Source: Escherichia phage JEP6 | Length of the DNA: 64,000 bases | Sequence record: MT764206.1 | Reading direction: 5' to 3' (one strand) | Shown here: piece after piece, positions 1 through 9,590 of the stretch | How positions within the stretch are numbered: position 1 is the first letter of the stretch | How the letters are laid out: each line of letters opens with the position of its first letter | Notes under the pieces: generated by a model | The model's input: only the letters and a program-made list of their open reading frames with translations | Database searches by the model: none | What the model was told of the DNA's origin: nothing | Translations under genes and position numbers: made by a program

Positions 1-587
1 AACCGCAACACATGGAATATTTTTAATGCTAAAATAAGGAGTAACAATACGGAATAATGACTTCAGTGATTTAGCACGAGTCATATCTGCCACAGATTTT
101 TCATTCAAGGCATCTTCCGTTTCTTTCTTAGAAGCCATATTACCAATTGAGTCGATGAATACAATAACCTTTTCACCACGCTCAATAGCTTCAAGCTGAT
201 TCACCATATCAATTTTCAGTTGTTCAACTGACTGGATTGGCGTATGAATTACTCGTTCTGGGTCAACTCCCATGGATCGCAAATAAGCTGGAGTAATACC
301 AAATTCGCTATCATAGAATAGACAAACCGCGTCAGGATATTTGTTCAAATATGCCGCAACCATAGTCAAAGACATATTTGATTTAAAGTGTTTAGAAGGC
401 CCTGCAAAAATAGTTAAACCAGACTGCATACCGCCATCAATCGCACCAGAAATAGCGATATTAAGCATTGGAATTTTTGTACGAATTACATCCTTTTCAT
501 TAAAGAATTTAGATGTAGTCAGCTCAGCAGTCATTTTAGAAGTGGAAGCTTTAATTAAACGGGATTTTAAATCTGCAATAGACATTC
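1..587 (-). CDS. uvsX: UvsX recombinase (RecA-like), N-terminal part; C-terminus lies beyond window start
   Basis: Reverse complement of 1-587 translates MSIADLKSRLIK...GPSKHFKSNMSL (P-loop); ATG at 585-587. Confidence 0.9.
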
Positions 588-662
588 ATTTTTTCCATAG
601 GCATCATTATATTTTCCTCACTGGTTAAAGATAGAGTAATTATAACACAATAAATTTAGGCA

Positions 663-1505
663 TTAATCAACTGCTATTGGATGAATAGCATTAAACTTAT
701 GAAATGCTTCTGATTTTTCTTTACGCGAAACACACATGCGAAGAACCTTTAGTGGTTCATCTTCTTCACCCAACGATTTTCGTTTTTCAATATTTGAAGT
801 TTTCCAACGAGCTTGCTCTGGAAACTCTCTATTGATTTGCTCAAGCGCTCTATTATGTTTAGAATTACTACGAATTGAACTACACCCACCGGGAGCGTGT
901 GATTTTCCAGATACAACTAGATATTTGAACAAGGCCAAATGCGGATAACCTTGATTAATTAAATTGAGAAATGCATACATATCTTCGCATAAATCAATTT
1001 TTCCATACCCAATTTGTTCTGTCGTAAGTTTTCCGAGGTCATACCATGTATTCGTGAATCCATATGAGTTTTCACGATAATTACCCCAAGATGAAGTAAT
1101 TTTAAAAATTGGTAGACGAGCATGACCGTGATAATACCCGCAATCCATGGCATCTTCAACGTATTGAATTAATTCATAGAACTGTTCACGAGTTAATTGA
1201 TTAATTTTATCTACACGCCGTTTATCGTCTCTCTTTCGTATTGAACTCATACGAATAGTAGTATCATCATCAATCATCCAGATTCGTTGACCTGCATACA
1301 TATCAGTAATTGCTTTACGAGTACCGGCAATTCCATTAACATCATCAGGAATAGTTACAATTTTAGCTCTAGACCCGTAAGCATCATAATAAGCTTTTTC
1401 TTCGTGTTCACGCACTACAATATGGGGTTCATAATCAGTCGGAAACATATTAAGGGCAGAAACTGCCCCTACACGCTGATAACTTGGAATTACGAATTGA
1501 ATCAT
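663..1505 (-). CDS. Putative DNA glycosyltransferase at the beta-gt locus (not the 351-aa T4 beta-gt; possibly T2/T6-type beta-glucosyl-HMC-alpha-glucosyltransferase)
   Basis: About 280 aa between uvsX and gene 42; IWMIDDDTT DXD-like motif; ATG at 1503-1505 overlaps gene 42 stop (ATGA); track start at 1511 is GTG. Confidence 0.6.
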   Translation of the reverse strand: MIQFVIPSYQRVGAVSALNMFPTDYEPHIVVREHEEKAYYDAYGSRAKIVTIPDDVNGIAGTRKAITDMYAGQRIWMIDDDTTIRMSSIRKRDDKRRVDKINQLTREQFYELIQYVEDAMDCGYYHGHARLPIFKITSSWGNYRENSYGFTNTWYDLGKLTTEQIGYGKIDLCEDMYAFLNLINQGYPHLALFKYLVVSGKSHAPGGCSSIRSNSKHNRALEQINREFPEQARWKTSNIEKRKSLGEEDEPLKVLRMCVSRKEKSEAFHKFNAIHPIAVD

Positions 1506-2242
1506 TTCCACTCACCGTTATAATCTTTTTTCACAATATGAGTTTCGCCAGTATTCCACCAATGATCAACCAAGTAAAAATGACGAGAATATACATGAAG
1601 ACTTCCAACATTCCATATAATAGAACCTGCTTTATACTGACGAGTTGAATCGCCTGCATTCAAATCAGATACTAATTTATCTAATACGTATTTTTGCCAT
1701 GCATAATCATTACGGAATCCGAAGACCACGTCATTTGAGCGCATGTTAACAACCGCATTGACTTTCTTATCACGAATCAGGTACTGTACTGTATTAGTAC
1801 ACATGAAATCTGACATACCATCTTTATTGTAGTCAAATTGCATGGATGGACGAGTATAAATCATGATACCACGTCGAGAATCAGGATTTTGACCAAGTTC
1901 AGCTAAACACATATCATACTGGGCATAGTTATCTTCTGACCAGATAGCCCAACCATAATTCGAGTTAATTTCACCTTTAGAAGATGCTACCTGCTGCCAA
2001 ATCTTCGGTGTTTCACCTGGAATATCTTTAACAAACAGACTTTGAGACTTATACCATTCAAGTTCACGCTGAATGTATTCATCATTAAGAGCGCCAAAAA
2101 TAAACGGTTCATCTGCTACAAATGATGCGCCAATAATTTCAATAGTTTTAACGCCAGTTTTATCAACTACGAAATCTTTTTCCTTTAATGCAAGCCCCAA
2201 ATGAAGACGGATTTCTTCAACTGTCATAGAGTCACTAATCAT
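1502..2242 (-). CDS. 42: dCMP hydroxymethylase
   Basis: 246 aa MISDSMTVEEIRLHLG..., near-identical to recalled T4 gp42 except the C-terminal residues; thymidylate-synthase fold family. Confidence 0.95.
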   Translation of the reverse strand: MISDSMTVEEIRLHLGLALKEKDFVVDKTGVKTIEIIGASFVADEPFIFGALNDEYIQRELEWYKSQSLFVKDIPGETPKIWQQVASSKGEINSNYGWAIWSEDNYAQYDMCLAELGQNPDSRRGIMIYTRPSMQFDYNKDGMSDFMCTNTVQYLIRDKKVNAVVNMRSNDVVFGFRNDYAWQKYVLDKLVSDLNAGDSTRQYKAGSIIWNVGSLHVYSRHFYLVDHWWNTGETHIVKKDYNGEWK

Positions 2243-2395
2243 TTAAACCTCAATTGATACATTCATATTTAACTTGTAACAGTAATAAACCCCAACCTAA
2301 AATAATAGTTGGAATCATAAGAGGAACCGTTACACTATAGTATATACTTATTATAACCATCAAGATTAAAAGCAATGCTGTTATAATTTTGCTTT

Positions 2396-2647
2396 TCATT
2401 CCTTCTCTCTGATGATAATTACCTGATTTGGCTGCGCAGACTTTTTAGTTTCACCCGCAATTGACCAAATAAATGTAATAAACCAACCAATAATTGACCA
2501 GTTAAACAGTAAAGATGTGAAAAAGATTCCTACTGTCGATTTTGACCCACGCATCAAGGCGATAAACCATGGAAGCATGTATATAATAATAGCCAACACG
2601 CCTGAAACTAAAACCATAAAAATTGAACCTGCTACTAAAGTTTCCAT
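2396..2647 (-). CDS. imm: Immunity to superinfection membrane protein
   Basis: 83 aa with two hydrophobic helices, at the position between 42 and 43. Confidence 0.7.
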   Translation of the reverse strand: METLVAGSIFMVLVSGVLAIIIYMLPWFIALMRGSKSTVGIFFTSLLFNWSIIGWFITFIWSIAGETKKSAQPNQVIIIREKE

Positions 2648-2654
2648 GTTTTCC

Positions 2655-3035
2655 TCACTTAGTCAAATTTTTTACACATGAATTATAAGAATTCACTACA
2701 TACTCCATCGGAGCATTTTTACCTGTACGCCATTGGTAATTATTAGCCCAATTTGCCCAAAGTTCTGCACAGTAGTTTTCAATTTTTTCTTCGCGTGTAA
2801 TTACATCCGAATTACGATATGCTTGAGCAGATTCATCTGGACGAATAGCTTCGTCAAAATTCGCCTGCATTTGTTCTACTGTCTGTTTTGGAGCTTCTTT
2901 ATAACACTTGACATTAGGATTATAAAATTTGCTTGAACAGTTTACAATTTTTCCTACATCAGACTGATTTACTACCGGTCCTTGAGCTACACAACCAGTA
3001 AGACCTAATGCAATAACCAAAATAGCGATTTTCAT
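2655..3035 (-). CDS. Predicted lipoprotein (imm.1 position)
   Basis: N-terminal MKIAILVIALGLTGC lipobox-like signal; 126 aa. Confidence 0.6.
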   Translation of the reverse strand: MKIAILVIALGLTGCVAQGPVVNQSDVGKIVNCSSKFYNPNVKCYKEAPKQTVEQMQANFDEAIRPDESAQAYRNSDVITREEKIENYCAELWANWANNYQWRTGKNAPMEYVVNSYNSCVKNLTK

Positions 3036-3045
3036 AATAATTTCC

Positions 3046-3303
3046 TCAAATACAAGTAGTAATTACTCCAGTAGTGCTTACACAGATATTACCTAATTGA
3101 ACACCCAGCGTTCCATTAGTATTCATATGAAGATTATCATCAATTTTTGTTGATACTTTACCATTCATGTGAATAACAGTATTAGATTCAATCACATTCT
3201 GAGTGTCATTTTCAATATCAATAAATGGAACAGCTGCTAATGCAACTAGAACAACTGCTAATGCAACTAAACACGCTGCTAAACAACCATAAACAATTTT
3301 CAT
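3046..3303 (-). CDS. Small secreted/membrane protein
   Basis: ATG at 3301-3303 with GGAGAAT SD; hydrophobic N-terminus; track start at 3315 is TTG. Confidence 0.5.
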   Translation of the reverse strand: MKIVYGCLAACLVALAVVLVALAAVPFIDIENDTQNVIESNTVIHMNGKVSTKIDDNLHMNTNGTLGVQLGNICVSTTGVITTCI

Positions 3304-3336
3304 TTTATTCTCCAAATCCGTATCAGTTGATAGTTG

Positions 3337-3367
3337 TATAGTACCATGGAAGAACAGGGATGTAAAC
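3337..3367 (-). promoter_or_regulatory. Early sigma70-type promoter (-35 GTTTAC, -10 box TGgTACTATA)
   Basis: Plus strand tatagtacca ... gtaaac; member of a repeated cassette. Confidence 0.6.
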
Positions 3368-3457
3368 GGTTTTGTGAAAAAATTTTTTTAATGAATTTAC
3401 AGGACCTAGAATCATCTGTTTTTCATAAGTATAGATTTATATTACTTGTATGAAAAA

Positions 3458-3473
3458 GGGACCCGGAGGTCCC
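3458..3473 (-). terminator. GC hairpin 3' of gene 43
   Basis: gggacccggaggtccc palindrome directly after the gene 43 stop codon. Confidence 0.5.
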
Positions 3474-3486
3474 TAGATTTATTCTA

Positions 3487-6183
3487 TCAGCCAAACAGGA
3501 AGTCTAACGAAGCTTTTTCTTCATAGTCCATGCCAGCCGATTCACACATACCTGCAAGCGGTTTAACAAACGATTTTTGGAACAAAGTTGAGTGGTCAAT
3601 CCAAGATAGCACATCAGAACGAATTTCTTTTGGAAGTTCTGTACCCGATGGCCAAGCAATGCACTTGTCACCAAATGGATTTCCTTCACGTAATGGAAGA
3701 ACCATTACTTTATTTCCATCCAAAATTGGAGCTACACCCAGACCACTAACAGCTCGACGATAAGTTAGCACACCGCGAATATGGAACGGGCATTTAAATC
3801 CTGGCCAACCTTTATCATCATATTTCGCTATATCGTTCGCAGTTTTTACTTCAGCAATAACTTTATAGTCAAGTTGACGATATTCTTTCTCGAAGTTCTT
3901 GTAGTATTCTTGGACAGACTCTTCACCTTCCTGAAGAATACGACGAATACTTTCTTCGAGAGCTTCTTGCACTGCTTTTGGTGTTGAACTCTGCTGAGTT
4001 TCCATACCCATGATTTTTAGATGCGGTTCAGCAAATCGTTTATCTTCCATATCATAAACGTTCAGAGCATAACGCTTTTTCGCTTTCCAAAATCCACCAA
4101 CACCCTTTGAACCAAGTGGAGGGCAAGAAATAGCTTCACGGTCCATATGCATCAGATGCTCGCGGTTATTCATATAATCACATAACTCACGATATGCAAC
4201 ATCAATCATAGGTTCCATCTTTTTCTTACCGAACTGATTCATGAATTCAACTAAATCGTTCTGCTCTTTGAATCGGTCAAGACCAACTTTTTCAATAACT
4301 TTATCTACACAAACATATACCGAATCAGTATCACCTGCTGCGATGAAATCTTCACCATTAGTTCCGCATACTTTATTCAGATATTCATTAATTTTACGAG
4401 CAATCCACTGAATACCAACTTGGCCGAAAATTGTGATAGCAGTAGCATTTCGCAAATCATAGTAACGGAAATGAATATTACCAAGAGCACCATAAAGACT
4501 GTTAATAAGAATTTTACGGTTCAGCTGATTTGTATTAGCAAGTGTAGCCGCTTTTTCACATTCTTCAATCAAACTATTGAGAACAGATTCGGTGTAATTC
4601 GACAGTTCATTTAAGAAATCATCACTGAACTTAACATATCGTTCAACTTCTGGTTTAGTTGAACAAGACCCTGCGCCTTTCATAATAATCTTTTTAATAG
4701 CTTCGGCATTCATTTCTTCAGCGAACATTTTCTTTTTCCAGTCTTTACGCTGGAAAAATACTTTAGCGATTTCCTTTGGAATGATACCTTCTTGATGCTT
4801 ATCATACATCCATCCATTCGGAGAACAAGAATATTCTTCACTTGGCTTAGGAGCTGTTCCTGCGATATATTCATGGATTGGATGAACTTTAAACTGCCCA
4901 CGAATAGTCTCAGGACTAATGTTAACCTGACGAATAATGCTAGGATACAGAGACGTCAAGTCAAAACTCATAATATATCGACGAGCAATTGGTTTAGGTT
5001 CAAACACAAATGCACCCGGAAAACTTTGTTTAACGTGCGAACCTTGTTGAGGAATAACCTTATGTTCACCTTTCAATGAGTTAAAAATAATAGCATCCCA
5101 AGTTTTAATAGGACTCATTACACCAGAAAAAGGCATTTTAGCATAATAAGACATACTTAAAACTAGATCGATAAACCCGCGAATTTTATCAATTGCTTGA
5201 ACTGATTCTACGTCAATGATGTTATAACTAATGTATCGTTGATGATTAGTCTCACGAAGTTTATTAATAGGACCATCGTACGGTAATTTACCTTTTTTGG
5301 TTTCATGTTGAGCAACTGATTCCAAAGAGAATGACGGCAAATTAGTAAATGCGAATTTCTTATACAAATCTAAATAATCAAGAATAGATACGCCATCAAT
5401 AGAATAAATTTCTTTGCTACCGTACACATTTTGAATTAGTTTAGATTTTACCCGACCAATTGGAGAGAAACGTTTCATACTGCGTTCACCGAGAACCATT
5501 TTAACGCGATTCATGATATACGGAACGTCAAATCCCTCAATATTCCAACCAGTAAAAATAGCAGGTCGTTTCTGTTCCCAGAGATTGATATATTCCATGA
5601 GCATATCACGCTCATTATCGAATGGCATATAAATTACTCGGTCAAGAATTTCTTGAGGAACTTCATCACCACCTTCACAGTCAAGCTTAGCAGCTAACTT
5701 TGCATCCCATTTTGATACTGAACCGTACATTGAATTCAAAAGGTCGAAAACATAAAAACGATCGTCAATTGAATCATAATGAGTGATAGCATCAATTTCA
5801 TATTCTGCTTTCATTGGGTCAGGAAATTTATCGCCAGTAACCTCAATGTCACAGTTAGCTACACGAACAAATTTTCGGTCATAAACAATTTCTGAACCAT
5901 ATGTATCACTGATATAAGCGAGTTTAAAATCGTTCATACCGAGAGCTTCGAGACCGATGTCTTCCATTCGCTTCATCCAATCTCGAGCATCTTTCATTGA
6001 TGGAAATTTTTGAGGAGCGCAATTTTTACCATAGATGTCTTTATATTTTGACTCTTCCTTACAATGCCTAAACATAGTTGGAAGATATTCTACTTCACGA
6101 GTACGTTCCTTTCCGTTTTCATCAATATAACGTTCAACAATGTTATTTCCGACTGTTTCAATAGAGATATAAAATTCTTTCAT
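3487..6183 (-). CDS. 43: DNA polymerase (family B) with 3'-5' exonuclease
   Basis: 898 aa MKEFYISIETVGNN...; motifs CDIEVTG (exo I), DLTSLYPSII (pol A), AAGDTDSVY (pol C). Confidence 0.97.
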   Translation of the reverse strand: MKEFYISIETVGNNIVERYIDENGKERTREVEYLPTMFRHCKEESKYKDIYGKNCAPQKFPSMKDARDWMKRMEDIGLEALGMNDFKLAYISDTYGSEIVYDRKFVRVANCDIEVTGDKFPDPMKAEYEIDAITHYDSIDDRFYVFDLLNSMYGSVSKWDAKLAAKLDCEGGDEVPQEILDRVIYMPFDNERDMLMEYINLWEQKRPAIFTGWNIEGFDVPYIMNRVKMVLGERSMKRFSPIGRVKSKLIQNVYGSKEIYSIDGVSILDYLDLYKKFAFTNLPSFSLESVAQHETKKGKLPYDGPINKLRETNHQRYISYNIIDVESVQAIDKIRGFIDLVLSMSYYAKMPFSGVMSPIKTWDAIIFNSLKGEHKVIPQQGSHVKQSFPGAFVFEPKPIARRYIMSFDLTSLYPSIIRQVNISPETIRGQFKVHPIHEYIAGTAPKPSEEYSCSPNGWMYDKHQEGIIPKEIAKVFFQRKDWKKKMFAEEMNAEAIKKIIMKGAGSCSTKPEVERYVKFSDDFLNELSNYTESVLNSLIEECEKAATLANTNQLNRKILINSLYGALGNIHFRYYDLRNATAITIFGQVGIQWIARKINEYLNKVCGTNGEDFIAAGDTDSVYVCVDKVIEKVGLDRFKEQNDLVEFMNQFGKKKMEPMIDVAYRELCDYMNNREHLMHMDREAISCPPLGSKGVGGFWKAKKRYALNVYDMEDKRFAEPHLKIMGMETQQSSTPKAVQEALEESIRRILQEGEESVQEYYKNFEKEYRQLDYKVIAEVKTANDIAKYDDKGWPGFKCPFHIRGVLTYRRAVSGLGVAPILDGNKVMVLPLREGNPFGDKCIAWPSGTELPKEIRSDVLSWIDHSTLFQKSFVKPLAGMCESAGMDYEEKASLDFLFG

Positions 6184-6185
6184 AG

Positions 6186-6220
6186 ATATTCCTTAGTTTA
6201 TAGCCCGAGTTATTAGGCTC
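6186..6220 (-). promoter_or_regulatory. Gene 43 translational operator region (hairpin plus SD)
   Basis: mRNA reads GAGCCUAAUAACUCGGGCUAUAAACUAAGGAAUAUCUAUG; stem-loop immediately 5' of the SD. Confidence 0.5.
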
Positions 6221-6241
6221 TTGATATATTATACTCCAAAT

Positions 6242-6259
6242 AAGGGGCCGAAGCCCCTT
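6242..6259 (-). terminator. C(UUCG)G tetraloop hairpin after regA
   Basis: aaggggccgaagcccctt; the transcript strand has a UUCG loop. Confidence 0.6.
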
Positions 6260-6261
6260 GC

Positions 6262-6630
6262 TTAATTTCCAATCGTATATTTAGGAACGAGTTTCCATTC
6301 ATGTTTTTGCTTAAAAGAAATAACTCGGAAGTTATTAGTTAAATCTTTCATAAAAGTTCTTTGACCAGGGACGATTTCAATCAGTCCCCAATCTTCTAAT
6401 AGCCATGCAATCGAATCACGACGAACTTCATCTTCTTCTGTCATTTCAACTTGACGACCATCCATACGAAGCATTTCTTTAAAATGAACGATATAGTATA
6501 GTCCTTTTTTCTGAAGAATATGACAGGACTGATACAGAACTTTATCTTTATTATTAGCAATTCCCATACGAGTCAAAGTTTCTTTAACTTTCAGAAAATC
6601 TTCAGGTTTTTTAAGAGTAATTTCAATCAT
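6262..6630 (-). CDS. regA: Translational repressor RegA
   Basis: 122 aa MIEITLKKPEDFLKVKETLTRMG..., recognised as RegA; position after gene 62. Confidence 0.93.
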   Translation of the reverse strand: MIEITLKKPEDFLKVKETLTRMGIANNKDKVLYQSCHILQKKGLYYIVHFKEMLRMDGRQVEMTEEDEVRRDSIAWLLEDWGLIEIVPGQRTFMKDLTNNFRVISFKQKHEWKLVPKYTIGN

Positions 6631-6631
6631 T

Positions 6632-7195
6632 TTACCATTCCAATGCTAGTTTTTTGAGTTGTTTCTGTTCTTTTACATTCTTAGTCACTTCTTTCAAAAA
6701 ATCATCCGTGACTAAACCTTTTAGTTCTTTTAATACTAAAGGAAGTTTTCCATTTTTAGTAAGAATTGATTTATAGTTAATTGCATCATTTGTATTAACT
6801 TGATACCGCTTAGCAAGTAACTTAATAATCAATACTTCGGTAGAATCTTCAACCAGTTTTGCCCATTTACCATATCTTTTACCCCGAGGAACAGCAGCCA
6901 TCAGATAATTAAAATGAGCTTCATCACTTAAACCTGATCCAATTAAATTCATAGCATATACAGCTGGCATGCATTCAGGAAATTGTGATAATGCATTCTC
7001 AACCATGTATTTTGAATAATCTTTTTGAGCAATAGAGCATTTAGTTTTATTATTGATCGCTCCAATTATTTCAAAAAATTCATTTTCAGCTTTTTCTTTA
7101 AAAGAATCAGCAGCGGATTGGACAGCTGTCCAATCTTTTGAATACCAAGCAACTTGATGCTCGTTTAATTGAATATCATCTTCAAATAAGCTCAT
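6632..7195 (-). CDS. 62: Clamp loader small subunit
   Basis: 187 aa, position between 44 and regA; 1-nt spacing to neighbours. Confidence 0.85.
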   Translation of the reverse strand: MSLFEDDIQLNEHQVAWYSKDWTAVQSAADSFKEKAENEFFEIIGAINNKTKCSIAQKDYSKYMVENALSQFPECMPAVYAMNLIGSGLSDEAHFNYLMAAVPRGKRYGKWAKLVEDSTEVLIIKLLAKRYQVNTNDAINYKSILTKNGKLPLVLKELKGLVTDDFLKEVTKNVKEQKQLKKLALEW

Positions 7196-7196
7196 A

Positions 7197-8171
7197 TCAC
7201 TTCCACTGCATTTCGCATGCTAACTGAATGAAAAGATAAGCTAGATGCAATTCAGTATTAGCTGCAATACCATGATACTGATTATTTTCGCCGACAATTT
7301 CGTACATACGAATAATGCTCTGTGGAGTTACACGTGTATAGATTTCTTCGGCAAGTTTACCTACGAACCACGAATAATCAGCTGCATATTTTGGTGCTAA
7401 AGCTCTGAGCTGTTTAACATCTTTATTTTTGAGAGACTCAAGAACATCATCAATAGCACCACGATCGTTAGTAACCAGTGATAAAATACCAGCATCCAAA
7501 ACACCTTTAGATGAATAACTATCGAGCTCGCCAATAGTTTTACGAAAATCAGGAAAATTCTTTTTAACCAAAGCTGCTACAACTTTCATATCAGCTATAG
7601 CAATTCCTTCACGCTTGCAGATTTCAGTCAATCGACGAATCATCTGCTTCATCATTTCAATTTTATCTTCATCGGTCGGTTGACCGAATGTAATAACTCG
7701 GCAGCGTGACTGAAGTGGTTTAATAATACCATCAATATTGTTAGCAGTAATAATAATACTACAGTTTGAACTATAAGCTTCCATAAAGGAACGAAGATGT
7801 CGCTGAGACTCTGCTAACCCTGAACGGTCAAATTCATCAATAACGATTACTTTTTGACGACCATCAAATGAAGCTGCACTAGCAAAATTAGTCAAAGGAC
7901 CACGAACGAAATCAATTTTACAGTCTGATCCATTCACAAACATCATATCAGCATTTACATCATGGCACAATGCTTTTGCTACAGTTGTTTTACCTGTTCC
8001 TGGAGAAGGAGAATGAAGAATAATATGTGGAATCTTACCTTTACTTGTAATAGATTTAAAGGTTTCTTTATCAAAGGCGGGAAGAATACATTCATCGATA
8101 GTAGATGGACGATATTTCTGTTCAAGAATGTGTTCTTTTTCATTTACTGTAATCATAATTTCCTCATTCAA
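7197..8171 (-). CDS. 44: Clamp loader ATPase subunit (AAA+)
   Basis: Walker [11 protein letters not shown], Walker [12 protein letters not shown]-like motif. Confidence 0.93.
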   Translation of the reverse strand: MNEEIMITVNEKEHILEQKYRPSTIDECILPAFDKETFKSITSKGKIPHIILHSPSPGTGKTTVAKALCHDVNADMMFVNGSDCKIDFVRGPLTNFASAASFDGRQKVIVIDEFDRSGLAESQRHLRSFMEAYSSNCSIIITANNIDGIIKPLQSRCRVITFGQPTDEDKIEMMKQMIRRLTEICKREGIAIADMKVVAALVKKNFPDFRKTIGELDSYSSKGVLDAGILSLVTNDRGAIDDVLESLKNKDVKQLRALAPKYAADYSWFVGKLAEEIYTRVTPQSIIRMYEIVGENNQYHGIAANTELHLAYLFIQLACEMQWK

Positions 8172-8188
8172 GTTTTAGTGTAAATTTA

Positions 8189-8202
8189 AGGGCCGAAGCC
8201 CT
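8189..8202 (-). terminator. C(UUCG)G hairpin between 45 and 44
   Basis: agggccgaagccct. Confidence 0.5.
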
Positions 8203-8205
8203 CTA

Positions 8206-8892
8206 TTAAAAATCGTGGGTAGAATCAGCTTCAAGAGCTACTACATAATTCGCATGTTCACCTTCAAATTTAGCAGCACCTTGTTTACCTTTTGCCCAGA
8301 GCAGAAGTTTATAATTTCCTGGTTGCATTTTCATATTTGCCATATTGATAATGAAATTAAATGTATTTTCACCATCATAATCACCAAGAGTCAAAGAATA
8401 TTTAACACGGGTCAGAGCAGAATCTTCTACTTTATTAAAACCGTTAATTACGATTTTACCTTCTTTTACCGTGATAGCAATTGTATCAATTTGCAGACCA
8501 CGAGATACACGCAACAGTTGTTGAAGGTCTTCAGCTTTAATTTCAGTAACAACAGATGCTACCGGGAATGGAATTGGTTTATTAGGAGCAACTACTGTAC
8601 TCGGATCGGCTGCTGGCCAAAAAATTGTTGAGCGAGCATCAGCAATTTTAATATTACCATCTTCTGACTGGGAAATTTCTGCATCATCATTAACTAAAGA
8701 CAGAATACCGAGAAAACCGTTCAAATCGTAAATTGCTACATCAAAATCAATAACGTCAGAAATATTTGCTTCCGCATAAGTTGTACCATTAACTGCGCGA
8801 GTCATAATAAATTGACCGGATTTAAGCATAATACCGGAGTTAATAGTAGCGAAATTTTTCAAAATATTCAGTGTATCTTTAGACAGTTTCAT
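8206..8892 (-). CDS. 45: Sliding clamp
   Basis: 228 aa, MKLSKDTLNILKNFATINSGIM...; conserved position. Confidence 0.9.
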   Translation of the reverse strand: MKLSKDTLNILKNFATINSGIMLKSGQFIMTRAVNGTTYAEANISDVIDFDVAIYDLNGFLGILSLVNDDAEISQSEDGNIKIADARSTIFWPAADPSTVVAPNKPIPFPVASVVTEIKAEDLQQLLRVSRGLQIDTIAITVKEGKIVINGFNKVEDSALTRVKYSLTLGDYDGENTFNFIINMANMKMQPGNYKLLLWAKGKQGAAKFEGEHANYVVALEADSTHDF

Positions 8893-8920
8893 GTAATTTC
8901 CTTCAATTCAAATGAGATTT

Positions 8921-8947
8921 AATTTTATAACTAATTTAATAAAGCAA
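8921..8947 (-). promoter_or_regulatory. MotA-dependent middle promoter for gene 45 (MotA box TTGCTTTA plus -10 TAAAAT)
   Basis: Reverse complement reads ttGCTTTAttaaattagttaTAAAAT, about 40 nt upstream of the gene 45 ATG. Confidence 0.5.
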
Positions 8948-9337
8948 TTAACGATTAAAATCAGCCGCAATTGTTTCCGCAATAATTTGAGCAGCAACAA
9001 TTAGACGTTCATCTGCATTACCGCAATAATCATCTTCAAGGCGTTCACCACATGAAGTCATAATAAATTTAGCACCAGCGTTTAGAGATTCTGTAGTATG
9101 TTTGCGCATTAGTTCAATCCATTTATTACTTACTTCACGATCGATAGCTTCATAATACGCATGACGAGCAGGTGCAGATTTAATTTTGTTCTGAATAACT
9201 TCCATTGCGTTATCAGAAAGAGACAAAACCCATGCTCGACGAATTTTATTTTGGTTTTGTGGATTTGATTCAGAACGCACGTGTTTTGGCTGAATATCTT
9301 TTACATCAACAGTATAATTCACAGTAATTTTAGTCAT
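8948..9337 (-). CDS. rpbA: RNA polymerase-binding protein RpbA
   Basis: 129 aa ORF directly upstream of gene 45, matching T4 order. Confidence 0.65.
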   Translation of the reverse strand: MTKITVNYTVDVKDIQPKHVRSESNPQNQNKIRRAWVLSLSDNAMEVIQNKIKSAPARHAYYEAIDREVSNKWIELMRKHTTESLNAGAKFIMTSCGERLEDDYCGNADERLIVAAQIIAETIAADFNR

Positions 9338-9346
9338 AATACACCT

Positions 9347-9535
9347 TTAGTCATAATAATCAGTAACAGTCCAAGCTTCATTTCTATTGGACATTATTTT
9401 TGTATATTCTGATTTAAATGCATTCCTAAGCATAGATTCAGTAACTATATGCTCTTCGTTAGAAAAATTATTTCTCAGAATATATCGTTTTATTTCAGGA
9501 ATAGTTAATAGATGCTGTCCAGTTGAATATTCCAT
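9347..9535 (-). CDS. Hypothetical protein (45.2 position)
   Basis: 62 aa ORF, tightly packed in the operon. Confidence 0.45.
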   Translation of the reverse strand: MEYSTGQHLLTIPEIKRYILRNNFSNEEHIVTESMLRNAFKSEYTKIMSNRNEAWTVTDYYD

Positions 9536-9590
9536 GTTTTTCCTCCATAGAGATTATACTCTAATAAATTAAAGCATAATCTCTTATAAA

